DNA of 60,149 nt, from positions 86,013,691 through 86,073,839 of the forward strand of contig NC_068990.1 of assembly GCF_001194135.2 (NCBI RefSeq), written 5' to 3'. The notes beneath the pieces were generated by a model, which saw only the letters and a list, made by a program, of their open reading frames with translations, ran no database searches and was not told the DNA's origin. This stretch comes from Octopus bimaculoides. Lineage: Eukaryota. Both the position numbers and the translations under genes were made by a program. This document shows positions 25,901 to 36,392 of the stretch, piece by piece (position 1 is the first letter of the stretch; each line of letters begins with the position of its first letter).

Positions 25901-26874
25901 TCCTGAACTCAGAACTCCCTAAGTACTAAGCAGAAAAAGAAAAAAGAAAAAAACACAGACATACAATGGCATGTTCCTTTCAAATTAGTCACCTGTTTCC
26001 TGTAATAGTATACCACACCATTGCACCTATACCCATAGCCATTACTTTGCTACTTCACACTCATTAAATCTCAATCCTTCACTCTTGTTACTCCATTTTC
26101 ACTAACATTTTACTCCTTGATAATAAACAACCACATTCTAGCCACTTCAGTGATTACTATTGTGCTGGTGCTCCAGCCTGGTCAGGAACATCACAGTAGT
26201 CTAAAACGATTAATGAAGGCCTCTAGTACTCCTCTTTTTATAGTTTAGTGATGTTTCGACTTGGTCATCACTAACCTCACCCATAACAGTCGTGGGCTGC
26301 ATGCGACCTGCAGGACTTTCTGGGTGGCCTGCTGAATGAAAAATTTTTTGGTAATGTGGTTTGCTTTATGATAAGCCTTGTCTCCTGTGGCCCACGTAGG
26401 GTGGATTGTTGTTTTTTTTTTTCCCCCTCTAGAGTGTAAGGCTAACAGAGAAAATGATGGATACTTTATTACGACATGATAAAAAAAAAAAGGTTTGCTA
26501 AGTAATAATGATGAATGGAGACAGATCTTCATCATTGGTGAGTCTTCTGTCACTGTTATTACCTAGCACCTTTTTTTTTTTTTTTATCTCTGTTGCAACA
26601 TGGCGTCATCATTGGATGCACTGTTTTATTGCAACCGTTTTACTACGTCTTTCACTGTCTTGTTAGTACCAATTGTAGACTTCACCTTTCATTGTGCTTC
26701 ATTTAAATGAATACCACTAATATATTAAATATCATTTTCTTCCTTCTTCTCTCCAACAAAATAATCTCTACACCAAGTAGAAAAAGAAAATGTTTCGAAA
26801 TTTCTTTGTCAACCTCACAATTCCTCACATACATTCACTTTCATTGTTTTAATTTCACACATAGACATATATTT

Positions 26875-27170
26875 GATGTTAAACCCCTGTTTAATGACTT
26901 ATCAATTTTCCCTGTTTGTTAACCACCACACCATTGTTAAATGTATCCCATTTTCAACGACCACTCTGTTGAATACACCCTGTTAACATCCCTTCTCTAT
27001 TAACCTGTTCCTCCCTCGTTAACCTCCTTTCCATCCTTCGTGTTTAACTATGTCCTGCTAACAACCATTCTTATATCGTTAATGCTAACTTGTTTAACTT
27101 TTCCCCCTGCTCATGTTAACCCAACCCTATAGTTGATGTTCACCTCTGTTAATACCTGCAATTGTTAACC
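26875..27170 (+). promoter_or_regulatory. TGTTAAC/YTAAY motif array upstream of microexon 2 (putative splicing element)
   Basis: Exact TGTTAAC at about 26917, 26981, 27114 and 27163, plus many GTTAAC/GCTAAC/TTTAAC variants. Confidence 0.5.
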
Positions 27171-27232
27171 CTCAGTTTCTAAAACCTTTCAAACCCTGTT
27201 GTTATCAATAGTCACATTTTCTCATTGTGTAG

Positions 27233-27262
27233 ATTACTATAGTGGACAGCCATGGTCGTGCG
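27233..27262 (+). CDS. AFDN: Candidate 30-nt afadin microexon 2 (ITIVDSHGRA)
   Basis: TTTTCTCATTGTGTAG|ATTACTATAGTGGACAGCCATGGTCGTGCG|GTAAGT: 29/30 identical to microexon 1, phase 0/0. Confidence 0.65.
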
Positions 27263-28282
27263 GTAAGTAAGCGTGAAATGACCAAGCCATTGGTCTCACA
27301 CTCTGTGTCTGGTGACTATTTACGACTGTGTTGTCTCTCTCTTTGCCTGTTCATGTTATGACAAACGTATATTGGTCTTGATTTAATGTCATGGTCACTT
27401 CCAGGTCACCTTACCTCAATCTTTGAGGAAATGGTGAATCATTTATTCACTGATGCATGGTTTCATGTATAACACAGGTGCATACACACTGTGTAATTTT
27501 ATGTATTTACACACACACATTAATATGCATGTGTATATATTTGTATATGTATGATGATTGCAAAATGTTCATAAATATATATATATACAAATATTCACAC
27601 ACATTCATATATACACACATGTATGTGCACATATACATGTGCATATATTGTATAAGTAGCATGTTGTTATGATATTGTATCTATTGGTTATTTACTAGTA
27701 AAGTTTCTTGTCTCAATCACGGACTTTGAGTCAATTTTCTTCAATTAGTACTGTTTGTAGAACTAGTTTCTAGAATAGTGTAACTCTACTCTATATACAA
27801 CTGCCTGTCTTCTGTTAGTACCAACTGTAGACGTAGTATAAACTATTCTGTATATGCTACTGCCTGTCTTCAGATATCACCTGTCAGAACTACTGTAAAC
27901 TATATATATATGTATGTAATATTATTGTTCTTTCTTATGTAAAATATAGAACTGCTGAAGAAGTGCTTGGGTTGAACCCAAGACAAAAGATAAGAATTGA
28001 GATATAAACTCAAATTAGGCAATCATACTCATACAATTATAAATTCAACTTAAAATGTGCATACATATATTAATACATATCGACACATGAATATTTTTTT
28101 TAATATTCATAAAATATAAATATATATATATATATACACACATAAAAATGGGTTGTGTTTACATATACTTTTATATATATATATATATTTATATTTTATA
28201 AATATAAAAAAAAAATGTCTATGTATTATATGTATATGCATTTTAAGTCGAATTTATAAATGTATCGTTTTCGTGCGGGTGA

Positions 28283-28470
28283 CACGTAAAAGCACCCACT
28301 ACACTCTCTGAGTGGTTGGCGTTAGGAAGGGCATCCAGCTGTAGAAACTCTGCCAAATTAGATTGGAGCCTGGTGTTGCCATCCGGTTTCACCAGTCCTC
28401 AGTCAAATCGTCCAACCCATGCTAGCATGGAAAGCGGACGTTAAATGATGATGATGATGATGATGATGAT
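28283..28470 (+). mobile_element. SINE-like repeat, family B, present only in duplicate copy 2
   Basis: Near-consensus copy with (GAT)n tail. Confidence 0.75.
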
Positions 28471-28562
28471 TGCCTAATTTGAGTTCATATCTAAATTCTT
28501 ATCTTTTGTCTTACATTCGACCCACGCAGTTCTATATTTTTCGTAAGAAAGAACAATAATGT

Positions 28563-28594
<32 letters not shown>

Positions 28595-30566
28595 TATACA
28601 CTCTGTTGCCTGTTTTCAGTTAGTATCAACCAGAGAACTAGTGTAAATGCTGTTTTAGCTTAGATAACTGTACATGTTTAAAAAGTTTGAAATTGGTTCT
28701 GTCTTCAGTTAAACCAACTAAAGAACTAGTGTAAATGACACTGTTTATGCCACTGCCTGCTCTGATCTAATTACTAGTTTTAAACTCCAATTCTATGCAT
28801 TTGTTTATTGCTGGTCTGTAATCAAGGTATCAGGTCTTCGATAAAGGTTTTACCTGTGACTAATCTAACACGGCTCCATAAACTTGGTCTGTCTGTCTGT
28901 CTCTCTACCTTTGAGTTTCTTTTTTGGCAATCTTGTATTTGCTTGCTTCTTTGATTCACCCCTTCTGCATTTTCCTGTCTTTCTCCTTTCTACTATCTCT
29001 CTTCTGTCTATCTATTCTCTCTCTCTTCTCTTTCATTCACACACCTACTCTATTTTCCTCTCTCTGTCTTTCAGACTCATTCTCTACCTTATAACTCTAA
29101 AGGAATTTATATAGACATTTGATGTCCTGCTCCTTTCAAATTAGTGATTGCTTTATTGTAGCATTGCACCACATTGCACCTATGCATGAGCTGCTACTTT
29201 GCTGCTTCACTTGCAGTAATCGAATCCTCAACCTGAAACAATTTACTGTACTTTCAACTGAAAGATCAGTTCCTCGTAATAAACAATCACATTCTGGCTT
29301 TTTTAGTGGTTACGGTTGTTCGTGATACTCTTGCCTGATCCAGAAAACCTCTATAATCTAAATTGACTAGTGTAAACCTCCAACAGCCAACCCACTGGTA
29401 CACCAGCTTGGTCAAGACCTCCCTTCTAATCTATTAAGTGTTCTGGAAATTAAAGAATCGAAAGACACTAAACCAATACCTTGAAAAGTGACTCAAAACA
29501 AAGAATAGAGCATTTTTTTTTTTAAATATGGGAGACAACTTACTTGAAAGTTTTACTCAAATTGGTTTTCCAAACACTTTTGTTGACTTCAGCCAAACTT
29601 TGAGATCCTCGATTTCCTCTACAGGTTTCTGTCCCTCTATCATACTTTTACGTCTTTCAATACCCCACTCAGTTGAAGGGTCTTACTTTGCAAGTTCTTG
29701 GTGACCCCACTTGTGTCTATAGCAGAATGGATTATTATTATTAAGTGTGCAATATTATGAAATTTTCGCCACGACCATCATCATCATCATCATCATCGTT
29801 TAACGTCCGCTTTCCATGCTAGCATGGGTTCCACCCACAAAATAATAACCTCTTTATGATCTGTCATTAATGGACACCTGATCTGTTGCTGCTGAGCTCC
29901 AGAGCAGTTCTGATGATGTGCACTTAGATCAAAGGCATTGTTGTAGTTATAATAATTATAAACCTCTAAATAAATGCATGACCTGCTAAATATAGCAGCC
30001 AGATCTCCCTTCCTACATACCTCTTAAATTGGGAGAGAGACATTGGCTAATGTAGCTGTCCCATATATATATATATATATATATATATAAACAACTACAT
30101 TAGCTGGTGTATAGTAAAGGAGATCTGGCTGCTATATTTAGCATGCCATGCATCTACTTGGAGGTTGTCTTCTTGACTCAACAAGACCTGTTGTATTTTG
30201 GGTGGCTGAAAATTAAATGTATTTATAATAAATATTTGTATAGTCTTGGTAATTACTGATTAATATTGGCTTTAGAACACATTTTTTTAAAACTCTTGTA
30301 TGTAATTTTAACTTTATCAACAAAGAGACTTTGTTATAGGGTTGCATGCAACGTGAGTCTTTGACTTCTTTCTTACTTTCTCTCTTCCTTTGATTTTTGT
30401 CAACAATGGGAACCATATTGTTCCTTCATTCCTTCCATCTTTTCTCATGTCACCTAAAATAACAAATCAGTTATGTAAGTAAAGTTGGCAACAGATTTTG
30501 TAGCCGTCATTACTGCTGACTATAACTTGCATTTTAATTATCAAAGTTGAAATTTTGTTGCTTTTG

Positions 30567-30599
<33 letters not shown>

Positions 30600-31065
30600 T
30601 GGCTAATTTTCATTTTTCCTTTGTGTGTAGTATTTTATGTGGTCTGTATAAGTTGGTTTTAGAATTGTAAAATACCATTTTCTGTTCTATTGAGGATAAT
30701 CAAGCATAGTCTCAGGTTTCTATTTTATTTTTACCTTCTCCAAACCACTGACCATAAGGGATCATTGTTAAAACGTCTTAAAGAATTTGCTAAAAAAAAA
30801 TAAAACAGGCATTGAATATTTAAGTCAAGGTTTTATTTGGATTGTTTAAAAATACTTGCTAATCACCAAAGCAAACCCTCACTTGCTTCTGGAAGGAAAG
30901 ATGGGCTGTTGTAAAATTGTGCTATCGATCACAAGAGACCATTTAATTTTGCTAATTATCTTCTGGAATGCAAAAGTTTGGTTGAAGATTGAAATCAAAC
31001 TCTGTCCCGGTACACATTTCTTGTTCCTCATCCTGAATATAATTTCTTTCTTCTGCTATTTCCAG

Positions 31066-31131
31066 GGTGATGGCCAGATGTCACGAGGAATCTACATCAA
31101 GTCAGTTGTGCCCGGTGGAGCAGCTGCTTTG
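31066..31131 (+). CDS. AFDN: Afadin exon, PDZ (GDGQMSRGIYIKSVVPGGAAAL)
   Basis: TCCAG acceptor, GTAAGT donor, 22 codons, phase 0/0. Confidence 0.95.
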
Positions 31132-31501
31132 GTAAGTCATTCAATATATTCCCCAGATATCTGAATACCAGGAGAATATGATATTTAAACAGGTACCTTA
31201 AGAATTAATCTAAGAATAATTGGAATGAAACTTCATTCCAAAGATATGTTTGTTCCAGTAAATTGTGGCATTCTTAGAGAATTGTCCAAAGTGAACATTT
31301 ATGAAAATTCTTTAAAACTATTTGTTGTGGTATCATAATTAATAAACATAAAATTCTGTCATTTTTCATTAAAATTTGCCCGATTTCATTGAAATAGATA
31401 ATTCTGGAACACTCTGTATTAAATTTCATAACTAGAATGTCTTAAATGCTGCATCACTAAATATTTAGAGAAAATTAACTTGACTATGTTTATCATTTCA
31501 G

Positions 31502-31575
31502 GATGGTCGGTTGCAGGCTGGTGACCAGTTACTGGAAGTAGATGGTCGAAGTTTAGTGGGTTTAAGCCAAGAGAA
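31502..31575 (+). CDS. AFDN: Afadin exon, PDZ (DGRLQAGDQLLEVDGRSLVGLSQE)
   Basis: TTTCAG acceptor, GTAAGA donor, phase 0/2; canonical PDZ motif. Confidence 0.97.
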
Positions 31576-31869
31576 GTAAGATCTTTTCTCTGTTGATTGA
31601 TATTTTTGTTGTTTCTTGTGTTATCTCTGGAATTTTATTGATTAAAAATAACTCGATGCAGTAGTAATAAGTCTTCATTTTTCTACCTTATTAATCTTGC
31701 CTTGTGCTGACAAGGGGCTTTTAAGATTTGATGGATTTATATTTTTGATTGTCTTCAGCTGCTCTTCATCTTATGTCCATGCATTTCCCTTGATTTAGAA
31801 CTTTTATTTCAAGTAATTAAGAGGGTTAGGACATTGTGTTAGAAATAAAGGCCAGCAGAAAGAAAGTTT

Positions 31870-32104
31870 AAGGTGGCGAGCCGGCAGAAACATTAGCACG
31901 CCGGGCGAAATGCTTAGCGGTATTTCGTCTGCCGCTACGTTCTGAGTTTAAATTTCGCTGAGGTCGACTTTGCCTTTCATCCTTTCAGGGTCGATTAAAT
32001 AAGTACCAGTTACGCACTGGGGTCAATGTAATTATCTTAATCCATTTGTCTGTTCTTGTTTGTCCCCTCTGTGTGTAGCCCCTTGTGGGCAATAAAGAAA
32101 TAAG
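31870..32104 (+). mobile_element. tRNA-derived SINE, family A
   Basis: Near-consensus copy of the 14902 element. Confidence 0.75.
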
Positions 32105-32262
32105 AAAGAAAGTTGTGTATTTCATCATTTTACATCTGTTTTCCTAGCTGGCATGGGTTGGATGGTTTGACAAAAGTTAATCGCTATGATACTGTTTATG
32201 ATGTCTCCTTACTAAGACAATGCCTATGATGTTACTATGATATTTCTCTCTTTGTTTTGTAG

Positions 32263-32381
32263 AGCTGCTAATTTGATGACAAAAACTGGCCATGTGGTTC
32301 GGTTGAAAGTATCAAAACAAGGAGCAATTTACCATGGTCTAGCAACTCTGCTCAGTCAGCCGTCACCAGTCATCCCAAGAG
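32263..32381 (+). CDS. AFDN: Afadin exon, end of PDZ (AANLMTKTGHVVRLKVSKQGAIYHGLATLLSQPSPVIPR)
   Basis: TTGTAG acceptor, GTGAGG donor, phase 2/1. Confidence 0.97.
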
Positions 32382-32665
32382 GTGAGGAAAGGGGTTTCCA
32401 TTTCAAACCAGTTTACTTGGAGTGGCATGGTTTTGTGTGGTGGTGGTGTTGGTATGGTTTACTGTTGATTGATGTTTCAAGCATGGAGTGTTTGGTCTGT
32501 GTGCTGTGTATGCTGTTCTTGTGGTGTGTTGTTCATAGTTTATACTTTGACTCTGCACTTCAATCTTTGAAGCTTAAGTGACCTGTTTCTAATGTAAAGT
32601 GCCAAGTTGTCATAGAACCATGTTAACATATGAATAATGTAATAAATTTCTCATTTCTCTCACAG

Positions 32666-33274
32666 CTAACAGTCCCAAGAGGAATGGTCCACCTAATGCT
32701 TACCCGAATAAGGGTCACCACAGAAGTGAGGAGAATCTGAATGTAAATGGGATGCCTAATGATATGGCTCGACAGCCTCCCCTTCATCAAGGTCCATCTC
32801 GTGATTTCCGTGATATGCCTCGACAGGGGCCTCCTCTGCAACAAGGCCCACCTCCAGAAATGGCACGTCATGGACCACCTCATCAAGGGCCACCTCATCA
32901 AGGGCCCCCGCATCAAGGATCTCCTCATGAAATGGCTCACTCAGGTATGCCAGTCCAAGGTTCCTCTCGTGAAATGCCTCGCCAAGGTATGCCTCATGAC
33001 ATGGTCCGACCTGGCCCTCCACGCCAAGGCTCTCCTCAAACTGGTTCTCCTCGAGAAATGTCTCGTCAAGGGCCACCACAGCCAGGTTCTCCTCGTAATC
33101 TGAACCAAGGTTCACCACAGTACCAAGGCCCTCCACGTGATATGATTCGTCACCAAGGACCACCTCCACCAGGATATAAAAAGGAATTTCGTGATGGTCC
33201 CCCTAGAATTCAAGCACATGATGTGAGGCCACAATATTATACCCTTGCCCCACAGTCTTCTCCTTCCTCAAACA
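32666..33274 (+). CDS. AFDN: Afadin exon, Pro/Gln/Gly-rich internal repeats
   Basis: CACAG acceptor, A|GTAAGT donor, phase 1/1, 609 nt open frame (ORF 32752-33288). Confidence 0.85.
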
Positions 33275-34069
33275 GTAAGTACCTCTAACTTGTTCATTTT
33301 ACTTTGTCTCTTCTCTTCAGAAAGCAGGGTCCCCCTCCCCCCACTCAAACTATAACCAAAATACTAAAATATTCAAATATGTCAGCTATAGTAGAAAATA
33401 CTTGTGCAAAGGGCTGTTCTGTAAGACTAAAGCCATGACATGATTGGGAAGGAAGCTTTTTTAACCACACAACCACACCAGCGCCTGTCTATACATATAT
33501 AGTGCTTGTGTGTGTTACATGTCAAATTTCGCTCATTAAACTTTGGTCAACCTGACACTTTGATAGAAGACATAGTGTCATACAAGGGATCAAATCCAGA
33601 ACTACTTAATTACAAAGTGAACTTTTCAACCCCAACAGTTATGCCTGTTCCCATTTGTAGACACAATAAAACAAGTGACTGTAATAAAGGTGACTCTACA
33701 ATAACGTAACTATTTTACAACACAAATCTCAGATTAAATCTTTTGCCGAACAAAAACAACAAAAGAATTTTTGCATTTCATTTAATCTGGATTTATGAGA
33801 TTATTTTAAGTTAGACATATTTAATTTGTTTCTGAGAGTAAACTGTTGGGTTTACTGGTCACCTGATACTGAATTCAAACTTTTGTTTTTGATTTTTTCC
33901 GACATCACTATTATTGAAACCATTGTGTGGTGTTTGTGACCAAGGCACATAATTTTGCTTGTCTCAGTCTGTCTGGCTGACAAATTGATATTGTTTGTTT
34001 GAATTACAAGCAAATAAGTTCTACCTTTTCTTCACAGTTAAGAGGTTAATGATGTTGAAAGAGCTGACA

Positions 34070-34295
34070 TCATCATCGTTTAACGTCCGCTTTCCATGCT
34101 AGGATGGGTAGGACGATTTGACTGAGGACTGGCGAACCAGATGGCTGCACCAGGCTCCAATCTGATCTGGCAGAGTTTCTACAGCTGGATGCCCTTCCTA
34201 ACGCCAACCACTCCAAGAGTGTACTGGGTGCTTTTACGTGCCACCTGCACAGAGCCAGTCCAGCAGCACTGGCAACGACCTCGCTCAAATGATTT
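34070..34295 (-). mobile_element. SINE-like repeat, family B
   Basis: Reverse complement of the family B consensus. Confidence 0.75.
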
Positions 34296-35631
34296 TCTAG
34301 ATGTAAAAAAAATCAATCCTGTAATTTAACAAACCATTTCACCTACCTTAATGTAGAGAAATTTATGTAAAATTGGGAGGGGGGGGGGNNNNNNNNNNNN
34401 NNNNNNNNNNNNNNAATATTTTTTTTAAAAAACTCACATCATTATGTATCTTGATTTGCTTATGATGCATGTCTGTTGCATAAATGGTTTTGCTTGGTTA
34501 TGACACAAATTTCCTGAGCAAACAGTTTGACTTTTCTTGCCGTTTTTATTTCACTTTGCTGCAATTTATGGAATGTTATTTGAATTTTGTTCTTCTTTAA
34601 TTATTTTTGTTTGTTTTAAATTTTATATTTTGAATCTTTGAAATGGAAAAACAAAAAAAAAAAACAAAAAAAAGAAAGGAAAATGGGGCTTTTTTCCGAC
34701 TTGCATGATAGATCTTGGTCCAATGCTGAGTGCACTCTGCAGGAACTCCAGTGCAGGAAAAATGTCAAAGACCTTGTCCTTGCAGCCGAATGGCGAGGTC
34801 TTTCTGCTTCTACTTCTGCTCCTGTTAATGTTTCATTTGGTGCCAGAAATAACCGCAAAGTTGTTTCGAGTCAAACTAAAATGGGTCTGCACAATATTCC
34901 TAGAAATTCCAACTATATCAGTTCATCTCTGCCAATATTATGGCAACCAGCTCCAAATTTTCGTAAGTCGGTTCAGCACATAGCACAGGCAGCACCATTC
35001 TTTCTCTCTTGTTTAGAATGTAGAGTGGGACAAATCCACCTTGTCTTAGCCTTAATTTGAAGTTCGAGCTCTCCTATGTACTCTCTTATATTATCTGCAT
35101 GATTAAATTGTAGCGTTTTTAATTCCAATTTCCTGATCTTATTTGCTTGATCCTTCCATGTCTTGATCGCATTTGCTTCATCCCTGTTCCTCTTGATCCA
35201 TGTTTTGATCCCCTTTGCTTGATCTCTTTGCATAGTCTTAGCTGCACTGCTAGACACGTCTTAGTAATTTTGTAGCAGTCTTGATTTTTCAGAACCCCCC
35301 AATATCTTGTAAACGGTAAAGACAGTAATATTGATTATAAATTATTAATGTCAACTGACTAATGAAATTACTATCTTGGTTTATTTGGAAAAAGCTATCT
35401 GAAGCTTCCTCATTGATGTCACCATTTACATAGACCTAAATTGGAAGCTACTATCTTCCATCACTACTACTACGATGGCTACAAGATGGTGAGGGGAATC
35501 TGAAGTGGAGAGTAGGAGTGTTGAACTGGTGGTGGGGAATTTGGAAATCACTAGTTTAAGAATGTCATTTTTACAATTATTGGTGACTAAGCAGATACCA
35601 AACTTGGATATTGGGAAAGTTATATATATAT

Positions 35632-35684
<53 letters not shown>

Positions 35685-35687
<3 letters not shown>

Positions 35688-35889
35688 GGTGTCCAGAAAG
35701 TCTGGGTACATGAGGATTAATACATACTTTAAGATATTATTTCTTATATTCAATTGTTTGTGTTATGATTTTATTTACAGTCTGGGTACATGGGGACTAA
35801 CACGTACTTTAAGAAATTATTATCTTATATTTAATTGTTTATATTACGATATTAGTTACTCCATGTACCCAGTTTTTGTGGACACCCTG
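35685..35889. mobile_element. Tc1/mariner-type MITE with an internal duplication
   Basis: TA-CAGGGTGTCCAGAAAGTCTGGGTACATG … CATGTACCCAGTTTTTGTGGACACCCTG-TA. Confidence 0.8.
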
Positions 35890-36392
35890 TATATAATATA
35901 TATATGGGGAGGGTGTCGTTTTTATGTTAAATTTTTGTGATATAAGTGGTCCTTTAATAAAGATTATTTTTCAGTTTTTAAACATAAACAGTCTTAACGG
36001 CAAAATAGGGGTGGACACTGACACATGGGTAGTGGTGGCGATAGAAGGGTGCAGTGGTGGTGGTGGGGGGTGCTAGGTACTTTGTTATTGGTACATCAGT
36101 GAGTGAACAGTGACATGATGTACCTATATTACTAATTTTTAATGTTATTTCTTTCGAATGTGTATTTAGAAGTGTAAAAAAAGTAATCATTAACAAACTT
36201 CAATTTAGTAAATTAAACAAAACACATTCAAGTTTTAAAGGTTGACAGTTTATAACTGATATCATCCGACTCCCCTACCAGTTCTTTAGTACTTCAGGGG
36301 TCCTCTACTTGTTGCTTGATATTTCATCTCCTGATATTCTTCAAAAATTGTGATTTTGTTGATTGATTGATTGATTGTTGTTGTTGTTACAG

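Noticed and set aside
25395-25906. (LS)n/(RE)n ORFs
   Set aside because: (CT)n repeat.
32623-33169. Minus-strand ORFs over the QGPP exon
   Set aside because: Antisense shadows of repetitive coding sequence.
34073-34329. Recurrent ORFs such as …LEWLALGRASSCRNSA… (also at 21493, 39344 and 41562)
   Set aside because: Translations of family B SINE copies, not genes.
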